Origin: Paraspadella gotoi
Lineage: Eukaryota > Animalia > Chaetognatha
Assembly: GCA_051294375.1 (NCBI GenBank)
Contig: CM119269.1
Span: forward strand, 16,087,771-16,118,193
Length of the DNA: 30,423 bases
Direction: 5' to 3'
Positions 1 through 12,634 of the stretch are shown here, one piece after another. The notes below the pieces were generated by a model that worked only from the letters and a program-made list of their open reading frames with translations, had not been told where the DNA came from and made no database searches. Numbering within the stretch: the stretch's first letter is position 1; every line of letters begins with the position of its first letter. Made by a program: the position numbers and the translations under genes.

Positions 1-2897
1 GGTTTAGGGACACTTTTTTTCTCCTCAACTGGAAAGGCTCGCTTCCGGAATGACGCATGGCTGGAGATCGTATGAGTATTGAGTAAGGGACGATCATTGC
101 GTGGATGAGTAGTACAAATCTAGTATTCATTAAATCAAATCATCTTAGGATTAAATCTCGATCGATCCTATCATTATTCCGAAAAAGACGCGAGCCATCT
201 CCTTCTCTCCTCGTCAAGTTGTTACTGATCCGTATGTAATCCCTTCCGGATTATGTTCGCACGACTGGCCGAGAGTCACGACGAAAACAAAATGACATCC
301 GTGGATGCGAAGCGGATTATCGCGCCTTAGATCAGCGGCGGAGCGTGAACGAATCATCCCAACAAATGAACAAGGAGATCAGTGTGAAGGATCGAGGATT
401 TTTTAAGGACCGCCAAAGATATATTTGTGTAAGAAACATTTAAAAGAATGAGAAGAAGTAACGCTAAGCTTTCAATTACTCAATAAGAATATTATTCTGT
501 ATTTATTGTTGCCTTTGGCAAGGCGGAATTATTCTCCTGTTCTTTAAAAAGGTCTTTTAAAGAACTAAGTTTAAAAATATAGAAAAAAATAAAAATAAAC
601 CTTTAGTCGCTGAGGGGAAAAAAATAAATAAATAAATAAAAAAAAAAAAAATCTACGAAAAAAATAAAAATGCGTGCGGCCTTTCTCTTTCGACGAAACA
701 TAAAGAGCAGAAAAAGTCAAAGATAGTATCGTTTCTTTGTATGACTTTTGGCTTCGAAGGAGACCTCTCTCAGAGACGNNNNNNNNNNNNNNNNNNNNNN
801 NNNNNNNNNNNNNNNNNNNNNNNNNNNNNNNNNNNNNNNNNNNNNNNNNNNNNNNNNNNNNNNNNNNNNNNNNNNNNNNNNNNNNNNNNNNNNNNNNNNN
901 NNNNNNNNNNNNNNNNNNNNNNNNNNNNNNNNNNNNNNNNNNNNNNNNNNNNNNNNNNNNNNNNNNNNNNNNNNNNNNNNNNNNNNNNNNNNNNNNNNNN
1001 NNNNNNNNNGGGGGGAAAAAATGAAATAAAATGGAAAGACGAACTGGAAAAAAAAACACGAAATGATGGAAAGGTCAGACTGCATCGGAAATCTCCATGA
1101 GAAGGTAAGGGTCGGTGGGTGAGGGAGACTGGTAGAGGAGGAGGAGGAGGAGAAGGAGGAGGAGGAGGAGAAAAAAGAAATTAAACAATTTAGAAATTTA
1201 TGAATGAGTCTTTAAAAAGGAAAATGGTTTATGAATGAAGTTAATTGTTAATTGTATTCTTTTTTCAAACGCTTTTTTTCAAAAGCTATTAGGAATCGTT
1301 ACAGACACGCTATAAATAGATTATCGAAGTTGAGCGATTCAAAGAGAGAGAGAGAGACAGAGNNNNNNNNNNNNNNNNNNNNNNNNNNNNNNNNNNNNNN
1401 NNNNNNNNNNNNNNNNNNNNNNNNNNNNNNNNNNNNNNNNNNNNNNNNNNNNNNNNNNNNNNNNNNNNNNNNNNNNNNNNNNNNNNNNNNNNNNNNNNNN
1501 NNNNNNNNNNNNNNNNNNNNNNNNNNNNNNNNNNNNNNNNNNGGGCCCCGCATCCCCGCCTCCGCGAAAAGACAAAAGATGTGAAGAGAAAAGACGAAGA
1601 GACTGTTATGTAGAATGTGATGGAGTTCGTTTAGTTGTTGATGTAGTTGTTCGAAGGTGATGGGGATGTTTTTCCAAGTGATAAATCGTCGAAACGACGA
1701 AACAAATGAATGATTTAAAGAAGCATTTCTTTTATTGTGGAGAGGTGAAGCAAATTATGGAAATATTTTTTTTTGTGGGTTAACAGTTTTTTGACGAAAA
1801 AAAAAAGGCAAATAATGGAGAAACAGGTTGTTCCTTTTAACTTTTTTTTTAATCGCTTTTCTTTCCTTTTCTATACTTTTTCTATCTTTCTTTTTTCTTT
1901 TTCTATTTCATACTCTTTTTCTNNNNNNNNNNNNNNNNNNNNNNNNNNNNNNNNNNNNNNNNNNNNNNNNNNNNNNNNNNNNNNNNNNNNNNNNNNNNNN
2001 NNNNNNNNNNNNNNNNNNNNNNNNNNNNNNNNNNNNNNNNNNNNNNNNNNNNNNNNNNNNNNNNNNNNNNNNNNNNNNNNNNNNNNNNNNNNNNNNNNNN
2101 NNNNNNNNNNNNNNNNNNNNNNNGAGAGAGAGAGAGTACTAAGTAATAAAGAAATTTCCGAGGAGAGAGAGCGAGGACGACGCGAGCGTCTATTTTCGGC
2201 CATTTTGTTTCCGGTCCCTCGACCGGAAGAGCCTCTCCGCCGGGAAATTATCCGGCGCCGGTTGAACCCGTCGTCGTCGCGGTTGTATTGGTCGTCGTCG
2301 TGTTCGTTGTTGTTGTTGTTGTTTTCTTCGGCCTTTTATTTCGTTAAGCAACGGCGAAAATTATCTCTCATCTAAATGGATGACCCGTTCATTACATTAG
2401 TCCCTCACTCAGCTTGACACTCCATATCTCACTTCCACTCTGTCTCTGTCTCTCTCCCTTCATAAAGTCTCTTTGTTGTCCCCCAGACGAGTACCAGCCA
2501 CTTTCCCGCCCTTTTTTGTCTCCGCCTNNNNNNNNNNNNNNNNNNNNNNNNNNNNNNNNNNNNNNNNNNNNNNNNNNNNNNNNNNNNNNNNNNNNNNNNN
2601 NNNNNNNNNNNNNNNNNNNNNNNNNNNNNNNNNNNNNNNNNNNNNNNNNNNNNNNNNNNNNNNNNNNNNNNNNNNNNNNNNNNNNNNNNNNNNNNNNNNN
2701 NNNNNNNNNNNNNNNNNNNNNNNNNNNNNNNNNNNNNNNNNNNNNNNNNNNNNNNNNNNNNNNNNNNNNNNNNNNNNNNNNNNNNNNNNNNNNNNNNNNN
2801 NNNNNNNNNNNNNNNNNNNNNNNNNNNNTTTTCTTCCTTTTTACTTTTTTTTCTCTTTAAGATTCTCCCTTTTTCCTTCCTTTCTTTTTCTCTTCAG

Positions 2898-3230
2898 GAG
2901 ACTTAGCAGTCAGCGTCGTCGTCATCTGCACCCACCTTGTCCTCAGGGACACTTCCCCACCCAACACTACTGGGCCACTCTTCAGCCCCGCCTACTTCGC
3001 CGTCACCCTCTTGCCACGCCCACCGAGCGTCTTTGCCGCTTCCGGTGACGAGAACACGTCCCCCTTTCCGCTCTGAACGCAACTTCCTTCAGCGTCCTTA
3101 ACACGACCGCCTCATCTGCAGCCGCCCCCACATTCGGTACCGCTGTCGCTGACACAGCCGCAGCCGCCGCCGCCGCCGCCGCCATCGCAGTCGCCGCCGC
3201 CGCCCCGGGCCAAGTGGTAACCTGCACGAC
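2898..3230. other. GC-rich, high-complexity island with (GCC)n tract; possible exon, orientation unresolved
   Basis: Preceded on + by a strong pyrimidine tract/acceptor (ttctttttctcttcag|2898). All three + frames close within ~185 nt. On -, GTAAGT (3265) to CAG (3222) would give a 44-nt intron followed by a poly-Ala frame. No recognisable domain. Confidence 0.25.
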
Positions 3231-3844
3231 CCTTTCAAATTGCTTTCACCGAAATTCCAACTTACTTCTTTCTCGTCCTCTCTCTCTCTNNNNNNNNNNN
3301 NNNNNNNNNNNNNNNNNNNNNNNNNNNNNNNNNNNNNNNNNNNNNNNNNNNNNNNNNNNNNNNNNNNNNNNNNNNNNNNNNNNNNNNNNNNNNNNNNNNN
3401 NNNNNNNNNNNNNNNNNNNNNNNNNNNNNNNNNNNNNNNNNNNNNNNNNNNNNNNNNNNNNNNNNNNNNNNNNNNNNNNNNNNNNNNNNNNNNNNNNNNN
3501 NNNNNNNNNNNNNNNNNNNNNNNNNNNNNNNNNNNNNNNNNNNNNNNNNNNNNNNNNNNNNNNNNNNNNNNNNNNNNNNNNNNNNNNNNNNNNNNNNNNN
3601 NNNNNNNNNNNNNNNNNNNNNNNNNNNNNNNNNNNNNNNNNNNNNNNNNNNNNNNNNNNNNNNNNNNNNNNNNNNNNNNNNNNNNNNNNNNNNNNNNNNN
3701 NNNNNNNNNNNNNNNNNNNNNNNNNNNNNNNNTTCATCAATTTAGTTTGCTTTGTTTTCTTATGTAATTTACCACTTATGATAATGTTTTTATAATTCTT
3801 TTCCTCTGTTTCTTTCTCACTTAATTTATTTCTTTTTTACTTTT

Positions 3845-3845
3845 T

Positions 3846-3943
<98 letters not shown>
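3845..3943 (+). repeat. (CTTT)n tetranucleotide microsatellite
   Basis: Directly visible perfect tandem array. Confidence 0.97.
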
Positions 3944-3944
<1 letters not shown>

Positions 3945-4818
3945 ATCCTCTCCTTCTTCCTCTTTCTTCCGCTCGGATGAGTCGCGACTAAAACGGGTGA
4001 AATTCTTGATCGCGTTTCACCCGAAAATTGGGAGCGAGAACTGACGATTCCGACTGAAGTGATTGGAGTCGGAAATGATGGTGGTTAAGGTGGGGTTGTG
4101 GCGGTGGTTAAGGTGGAGGATTGGGGTGGTCGTCGTCGGAAGCGAAGAAAATAGAGTGGTTCGGCCGATTGCGGAGAAAGAAAAGAAGTGTTTCGAAACA
4201 ATGTGGGGGTCGTTGGCGACAAAAATTATGACGATGACTTGAATTGTAAACAAATACTTTTGGTAAGGACCTTGACGAAAACAGATCGGACCCTTTTAAC
4301 CCTTACGTGACGAAAATGCAAAAATGATGTCGAAAACAATGACAAGAATTTCGAGAAAAGAAACTCGAGTTGGAAAATGGTTAAAACAGACGGAGATGAC
4401 TGCAGCGGCGGCGGCGGTCGCTGAGGCACGAACTGTGCATTCGATGACGTTGCGATTATTAAGGCAAACGTGAGAATTTTAGAGACTGAATATTCATAGA
4501 GATTCCATCGTGAATTGGGACGATGATGGCGTAGATGAGGACTGTGACGTATTCAGTGGCTGGGCAATGTCGATGGCGTCTCACTCTCTCAGTCCAAAAA
4601 AAAAGCGAGAGAGAGAAAGAAAAAAAAAACCCTTCGTCCTTTCGACTCGGCGTCCGGTGGGCGGGGAAATTTCCATGGCACAAACGTCAGAATGTCAGAG
4701 GGAGTTCTTAACGCGGTCGCTGTCGGGAGAGAACCGGCGCCACAGCCGGTGGCCAGCCGGCGCCGTTCGGGTGCCATTCGGGTGCCATGTTAGACAAGGA
4801 AACAGAAACCAATGCAAC

Positions 4819-4933
<115 letters not shown>

Positions 4934-5527
4934 GAGAGATACTTTCGCCCTGGGCGGTCGATGGGGGAAAGTAAGACAGTGAGAGGGCAAATGTGAAAAA
5001 AAATTCTTCTTTTAATAGGAAAGAATAATTTTATTTTTGTTAATTGTTGTTAAGTAAATCCAAATACAAATAAGAATGGCAAATAGCTAAATCATTTGAT
5101 TTAATGGGAAAACTGGGGAAAATATAAATATATAAACTAAAGACAAAGAGAGAAAGAAGTGGTGTTTGTTGGTCCATCAGGATATATAATGGGATGGGAT
5201 GGGAAGGCAAAACGAAAGTAATTGAAAGTCAAACGGGGAAGAGAAAGTGGGGTGGGGAGGATTAGAGTAATACAGTAATATATTGATATAGTATATATTA
5301 TAGGGGAAGAAAAAAAGATGGTAAAAACATTCTGTTATTAAAAGGGAGGGAAAAAAAATTAAAGGGAGAAAGGGAAGAAGCAGTGGTTGAATAAGGAAGA
5401 AGGAAAGAATAATGAGAATAAAAGAAAAAAAAAGGGAGGAAAGAAAAAAAAAGAAAATTAGAATTGAGTTGAGAATGAGCATAAAAGGAAAAGAGAAAAG
5501 AAATAGAAGAAAAGTAAAAGATAAATG

Positions 5528-5586
5528 AAAGGGAGGAAAGGGAGAAAAGGGAGGAAAGGGAGGAAAGGGAGGAAAGAGAGGAAAGG
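5528..5586 (+). repeat. 9-bp purine-only tandem repeat (AAAGGGAGG) x~6
   Basis: Visible tandem units within a long polypurine tract. It produces the KGRKGR ORF in the track. Confidence 0.85.
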
Positions 5587-6076
5587 AAAAAAAGAATTGA
5601 GGATGAAAAGAAAACAAACGGAGGAAGACGTCGAATTTCCGGTCGCGAGTGACGTCGCGAGATTCGGCGACAAAAGCGGAAAAAGAAGGAGAATAAGAAA
5701 AGAAAAAAAANNNNNNNNNNNNNNNNNNNNNNNNNNNNNNNNNNNNNNNNNNNNNNNNNNNNNNNNNNNNNNNNNNNNNNNNNNNNNNNNNNNNNNNNNN
5801 NNNNNNNNNNNNNNNNNNNNNNNNNNNNNNNNNNNNNNNNNNNNNNNNNNNNNNNNNNNNNNNNNNNNNNNNNNNNNNNNNNNNNNNNNNNNNNNNNNNN
5901 NNNNNNNNNNNNNNNNNNNNNNNNNNNNNNNNNNNNNNNNNNNNNNNNNNNNNNNNNNNNNNNNNNNNNNNNNNNNNNNNNNNNNNNNNNNNNNNNNNNN
6001 NNNNNNNNNNNNNNNTTTTTTTTCCGCGATCGTGAATCTCGTCCTCATTATCGCCGCCACATGAGACCACGCCCTC

Positions 6077-6360
6077 TTCCGGTCAACGGGTCAAACTGCT
6101 TGATCCGAAGCATTGAAGGTCGACCTTTGGAAATGACCCCTTTTTTTTCTAATCGACTAGTGTTAACTTAACATAAGTTATTTCATTTCCGATTAGAACT
6201 TAACCTTTTTTTTTAATTCACTTCTTCATTTCACCTAATTAGCCACATCCTTAAAAGTCCCCCTTTGACGCCACATTCTTCCTTGCCCGCCCCCTTCCGA
6301 CCCGTTCCCACTCCCAAGGGTCGACCGGGGTCCCTTTGTGGGTCACAAGCGGTCAATAGT
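6077..6360. promoter_or_regulatory. Candidate enhancer: cluster of nuclear-receptor-type GGTCA half-sites
   Basis: CGGTCA-ac-GGGTCA (6080-6093, DR2-like), perfect palindrome AAGGTCGACCTT (6116-6127), TGACCC (6134-6139), GGGTCA-caag-CGGTCA (6340-6355, DR4-like). Motif evidence only. Confidence 0.3.
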
Positions 6361-6726
6361 GTCACCAGAACCGAATTTCGAGTCCGAGGGCGGAGTGGGC
6401 CCAGCGATTTACGAGGCAGGAAACAATGGGTTGGAGAGAGGGATGGAGGGAGGGGGCGGGGGGGGAGGAAGAAGGGCAGGAAGTGAGGGAAAAGGGGAGA
6501 AGGAGAGGGGTAGAGATAAAAGAGGAGTAAGAGTGAAGAAGGAAATATGGGGGAAGAGAGGGAAGGAGACAGGAAATGGAAAGAGAGGGAAAAGAGGAGG
6601 AAGATAGAGAGGGAGATAGTGTGGGAGAGAGTTAGAGACGAGAAAGGTGAAGAAGAGAGGGAGGACTCTGGGTGGGAAGATTGAAAAAAAAATGTGAGGA
6701 GAAAAAAAAGGGAAGAGCAAAGGAAG

Positions 6727-6728
<2 letters not shown>

Positions 6729-6760
<32 letters not shown>
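6729..6760 (+). repeat. (TC)n microsatellite running into a 25-N gap
   Basis: Directly visible. Confidence 0.95.
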
Positions 6761-7705
6761 NNNNNNNNNNNNNNNNNNNNNNNNNCCAACTACTTCCCTT
6801 TGACTCTCATGCGCCCTTATCTCACCAAGCTTCGCCAGTTGACGAAAACAGATCGGATGACCCTTTAACGTGACCTTACGTGAACGAAAATAGGGCAAAA
6901 AATGATGTCGACAAAACAATGACAAGAATTTCGAGAAAAGAAACTCGAGTTGGAAAATGGTTTAAAAACAGACGGAGATGACTGCAGCGGCGGGCGGCGG
7001 GTCGCTGAGAGCACGAACTGTGCATTCGACTGACGTTTGCCATTATTAAGGCAAACGTGAGAATTTGAGACTGAATATTTCGATAGAGATTCCATCGGTG
7101 AATTGGACGACCGATGGCGTAGATGAGGGACTTGAGACTGTCTTCAGTGGCTGGCTCAATGTCGATGGCGTCTCAATCTTCTCTAGTCAAATAAAAAAAA
7201 ATCGAAGAGAGAAAGAAAAAATAAAACCCTTCGTCCTTTCGACTCGGCGTCCGGTGGCGGTGGAAATTTCCATGGCCACAGGAGGACGTTCAGATCAGAA
7301 TGTCGATTGCACGTGAACGCTTCTTTAGAAGGGAAGGGCAGGAGCATTGAGTTCCGTCTCGACCCCGCCGTAGGTCGAGGGGGCCGAGCAGAGGCGCTTG
7401 AGCACTGTCAAAGAGCCGTTGGCGTATCATCGCGTTACCATTTGTGGCCTCGACAGACGGGACTAGGTGCTTAGCTGGGCCGTGATCGGGCTTGCACGGG
7501 GCTGGCAGCTAGGCCCGCGACCGCGATTGGCGGGCGCTGCCCTACAGTTAGTACTTCGCTGATCGGGCAGTGTTCTACCTCCGTCCCCAGGAGGCAGAAA
7601 GGGAGCTTTTCTGCTGAAGTGCCTTACCGGTGCCATGTAGAGCCCAAAACGCAGGCAAACAGAAACCAATGCATACGGGAAAGAGAGGAGAGAGAGAGAG
7701 AGAAG

Positions 7706-7736
<31 letters not shown>

Positions 7737-10588
7737 GCAGAGCAGATGGGAAGAGGAGATAGAGAGAAGCGTCGCACAGAGGAAGAAGAGGGAATGAGTC
7801 AGCAGATTGGTCCGCACCGTATAGAGAGCCACGCACGGGATATGGAGTTCATATGGGTGGCGGGGTGCATAGATAAAAAGCAGGGGATCTCCCACCTCAT
7901 GTGACGCCCGCGACTCTCTGGCGGTGAGCTATTGGAAACCCGAAAGATAAACATCCCCCAGACCCGTAATACATCAGGACCGTCTATTGGGGCGGCCTGT
8001 CACGGGCGGCAACCAGACTGCACAGCAGTCTATTACGTGGCGCACCGACACGAATAAGGTCCGCGAACAGATCCGCAGCTAGTGTCCGCACAAGCATAGG
8101 CAGAGAACCAGTCACATGATATCAGTGAGAGGTGCAGATGATCGAAGCACTAGAAAAATGAGCGGACATACTACTAGCTATAGAAAAAATGGCTACGAAA
8201 CACAAATAAAATTTTTTGATGTTAGTTTTTCGTTTAATTGTTGTTAAGTAATCCCAAATATCATAGAATGGGCAAATAAGCTAAATCATTTAATTTAATG
8301 GAAAGACTGGGGAAAAACATGTCCCCTACACATTAAGACAAAGAGAGAAGAGTGGGTTAGTTGTGTTTGGTTCCAAGAACGCTAATTTACTGGCCATCTT
8401 ATTCAAGGAGAAATCCAGACTTGTCTCGGCTGTCCAATTCGGACCCACAGCTGGTTTTTCAAAGGAGGTATTAGAGGAGGCAATCTAACCATCAAAGCCC
8501 GTCGAGCCCCTGCATTTTGAACACACGTGATGGGATGGACGTTCGATCTCCACCTTCACAAAGCTATGATTCGCTTATCAAGAGCGGGTGGAGGCACGCC
8601 GTCTCCCACTGGGACGTCCGCAACAATGTATTGCCCCCATCTCCGCACGCTCACGAGATAGGGCGGAGGACCCTTTTGCGCAGGCAATGATCAGACGATA
8701 CCTCTCCTGTCAACTCAGCAGACTCATTCCCTTCCTCTGTGCGACTGAGAGCAGCCGCCCAAAGCACGGCGTTTCAGGAGGAAGGGGGGGAGGCCACCAA
8801 CTCCTGTCGCGAAATGTGCAAGAATGGACACAGCCGCCCAACCTCGCCAAGCCGGCAAGAAGAAGGCAGTCCAGCCCGTACCAGGCGAGAGAGACACCGA
8901 GGTAGACACTTTGGTTTCTATCGCCGCAAGCGAAGTCTTCTCCAAGCTCTGCACTAAGTAGGCTCCACCAACCTGTCCTCCAATCAGTGCCCAATGACAC
9001 ACCAAGAACTGACAAGAAAAATACACACACGGGGGATAGAGAATTTTTATAAAAGTCTAGGGAGTCCGCTTGTGTTCAGTAACCAAGGGGGGCAGCTCAG
9101 TTGTTGTGAGCTGACGTTGTATTCTTAATTACTTTGAAATTTCCCTTTTCCTATACTTAGCTATCCTCACTAAACAATAGATATTTTCACATATTCTAGA
9201 AGTTCTTATTTCATTTCACTTAATTTTATTACTGGTAGCTAATTGATTGATAGATTATTCATATATTAATAGTTTTACTCCACAAATAATATTAACGAAA
9301 TTTGTGTTGATTAACATTTCCTTATATGCTGAGAGTATATTTTTAAAGGCACTGTTACGTGTTGACCCAAATCATGTCACTCTAATGCTCTCTCTGCTCT
9401 CTCTCTCTCATCTCTCTCACTCCACATATTCAATTTCTAATTTCACAAGACTATCTTATATCTGTCTCCCTTCACTTGTCCACTCAATAAATAAACTGAA
9501 ACACTTTATCCTTTCTGGGGATCTCTATCGAAACTCTGATAGTTGAAGAAAACATATGTAGATACAGTGTCTCTCTCTCCATCTCGTCTGTCTTTCTTTA
9601 TGCACAAATCTCTTCAAATTCACAAAATTGACGGAGTGTAAGCGTGCTGAAGAAAGCACTCCGTAAATGCATTCTTGGATGTTACTCGGAACCACACACA
9701 AGGGAGGAAAAAAAAAATTAACATTTAGGGAGCATTAAGCGGAAGAAGCTAAGTGGTTGAAATAAGGAAGAAGGAAAGAATAATAGTGTACGCATATATC
9801 AACACAGTATGAAAAAAAAAAGTGAAAAAAGTGAGTGGTATTGGGTATGAGAAAGTCATATAAGTATCATAAACTTAGAAATCTCGATGTTTGAGAACAT
9901 ATTTTATTTAATATTGAACGTATTCTATTACATATAAAGGAAAACAGAAGAAAAAATAGTTATTACTAAATAGCCATTTTTATTATTTCTTGGCGATCAC
10001 TTCGGAGAGGACAAGAAAGGGGAAGTTTAACAATTTTCAAAAAAGTAAATAAAAATGACAGAAATGGGAATATGCGGTTAACTGGTAGTGTAATAAGATA
10101 TAATGGAAATCGGTGAATGTAGTTCTGTGGCTTATAATAAGTAGATTGGTAGGTAATCGAGGTGATGACAGAGGAGAATAAAATTGAGAAGTGGATCTCG
10201 CACGCAAACAGCAAATGGAATTACGTTATGGTGGAACTAAAATCCACCAACCGTGATACATAAGAAAATGACAACAGTGGCCATCTGGTACCAACTGGAG
10301 GAGGGAGGCAAGTCATTATGGCCTCCTAACTCAAAGCACGTTGCCGGGGTATCGTCTAACGGCCGGTGTTCGCGTAAGCAGTTAAGGCAGGGGATCGGGG
10401 CGTCATAACCCGCCTAACACGGTCCGCCTTTACAGACTGGATCCCAGAAGGTCCGCTCAGAGGAGCTGCTGATGTCAAGGGAGTTGAGAGCCAATTGACA
10501 CAATTTATAACTTTTTAATTCTCCTCAATACAAATTTTATTTTTCGCTTCTATTACTTAAATCGATTTTCAATGGCAACTATGTTTGA

Positions 10589-12586
10589 ATTAGTCTTCAT
10601 TGGGTTGTTGACCTGAAGCTTTTTAAAAATTTATTAATATACGTACAAATGGACAAAAAGATTTTTTTTATTAAAAAATTAATTTTGAAGAACGGATTCT
10701 TATATGAGCTTGAAAGAGTTAAAATGAAAGTTAGTAACTGTACACATTTTTTAAAATCTGTAAGCAAAAAATGGTTAAAAACAAAAAAACACGTTAAAGA
10801 AATCATCAACAATCGTTGGGCTTGAATTTAGTGGTTTTTTAAGAGTATCAATAAACACAAAAAAAGTTTCTTAAACTTTTGTAATAATAACCTTTATCTA
10901 ACCCTTTTCAAAGCTCTATCATGATATCTATCGACAAAAAATTGAAAAAATTTAAAAAATTTTTACTTTATATAGTATAAAATAAATCCTTAACGGCTTT
11001 CGCGTGCGCTTTATTAATGAAATAATTTTTAATATTAATCTTTTATTTTTAAATATTCTCTTAACCAGTTAACTTTACGATTATGTATTTGAAGAGAAAC
11101 CTTCTAGTTTTCAACCTGTCCGGCCTACTGTCATAGTTGAATCGTTCATGTCACTAACAGCAGTAATAATTATCACTGTCTCTTCAATAATCTATATGCT
11201 TGATTTTGATTAAGGTACTAAATATTAACAAACCGCCAAGTGGATGAAGATGTCATTCGGAGATGAGGATACTGAGTTACTTAGAAGAGCATTACGGCGC
11301 CGGCGATCCCGTCTTCAGTACCGGTTTCTCTACTGACGTCTCTCCCTCTCGCATGTTGAGGAGGGGGTTCTTTAACATGGAGTTAAGGATAAGTTAGAGT
11401 AAGGGTATGTTAAAATAGTTAGGGTTAAGAATAAATTAAGAATTAAAGCTTTAAGTTAAGTTAAAGGTTAGAGGTAAGGGAGGGTTAGGGGTAAGTTTAG
11501 GGTTAGTTTTAATTAAGTTTCAGCTTAAATATATGATAATTTAAATGAGAAAAAATAATTTTCTTTATCACAAAGATGGTTTATTTTTACTAGCTTTACA
11601 TTCAAATCTTCATCAGCGCTTAACAGGTTTGTAATGTAAATTCGAAACATGTCTGATTTGAAATATACCATCGTTGTTGATAGAAAAATTATTTTTCTCA
11701 TATAAAACTCCAAACGCAACGAAAGAAAGAATTAATACCAATGATAATTAATTAAAAATTTAAAAAAAACTTATATTTTTAAAATTAATAAATTATGTTT
11801 AAAAAACTAAATAGAAATATTTTTTTATATTTAAAGAATAAAAAATACAATTTTATATCTTTACAGACCTAAGAGAGAGAAAAACTTTATATTGCGATCC
11901 CACTCTGGCCACAAAACCTTGTCTGGACGAATGAAATTTTGGTCCCAACAAAGCGGCTCCGGCCAAAGAAAGGATTCTCGACACGTATTTTGGGAGGATG
12001 GACCAGCGAATCCTTACTATGGTAAGTAGTACTGAAGTACTGCTCATATAATTCAATGACCTTGTCTGTCCTCTTTCCTCATGCATATCTGCATAAGTAT
12101 TTAGAAATCACAAAATAAATAATAATACTGTATACTAAGTGTCATTTTTTAATTTAATATACAGATGGATGCTGTACTATATGCTTATAAACTACCACAA
12201 GTTGTACGTCACTTGATAGGCGAAATCACTTACCCGGATTACAAACTGGTAAATTCAACAAAAACAATTTTGTTATAAAATAATAGAGCAGTTAATACCG
12301 CTTTAAACATTATTTTTGATTTGTTGCTGATAAACCATTTATATCCAATTTTAAGGATTCCGTACGCGACCGGCAGTATGACGAAGAACAAGTCGCTGAG
12401 AGAAAAAAGCAAAGGAGAGAGTTATCACTGAAGGAAAGACGAGAGACAATGAGCTACACAAAAATACGAAGTAAGGCAGCGAAACAGACAAAACAAATTC
12501 CCGACGAACTCTCGCCTGCACGTGGATCCCGCTGCGGAGAAACCTCTCTCTTTCCATTCAAATCGCTATCGTCGAATCCGAATTGA
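10589..12586 (+). CDS. Multi-exon protein-coding gene (uncharacterised protein, 5' part incomplete or frameshifted)
   Basis: Putative exons ~10589-10974, 11069-11214, 11524-11626, 11867-12021, 12165-12248 and 12356-12586, with AG/GT boundaries (ttacag|..|gtaagt; atacag|..|gtaaat; ttaag|). The last three splice in phase 0: ...NFGPNKAAPAKERILDTYFGRMDQRILTM|MDAVLYAYKLPQVVRHLIGEITYPDYKL|DSVRDRQYDEEQVAERKKQRRELSLKERRETMSY...NPN*. AATAAA follows at 12601. Upstream exons need indel correction. Confidence 0.7.
11378..11520 (+). repeat. Almost C-free degenerate TTAG/TTAAG/TTAGGG simple repeat inside a putative intron
   Basis: About 140 bp with a single C and several TTAGGG/GGTTAG units. It follows a GC-richer 11230-11370 stretch. 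Confidence 0.6.
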
Positions 12587-12600
12587 ACTCTTCAATACTC

Positions 12601-12606
12601 AATAAA
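12601..12606 (+). terminator. Putative polyadenylation signal AATAAA of the + strand gene
   Basis: 15 nt downstream of the TGA at 12584-12586. Confidence 0.5.
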
Positions 12607-12634
12607 AATGTGCAAATATACGAATATTAAATTT

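Noticed and set aside
3003-3227. Poly-Ala ORF suggesting a homeobox or other transcription factor exon
   Set aside because: It derives from a (GCC)n tract, has no DNA-binding domain, and the frame closes after 74 codons.
7300-9700. GC-richer ORFs (e.g. 8588-8905, 8710-9030) as possible mobile-element or horizontally acquired genes
   Set aside because: No recognisable motif. They lie between anchors of the noisy re-read and are best explained as insertion bursts.
11378-11520. Telomeric repeat array
   Set aside because: Highly degenerate, short and intronic; not a tandem (TTAGG)n or (TTAGGG)n array.
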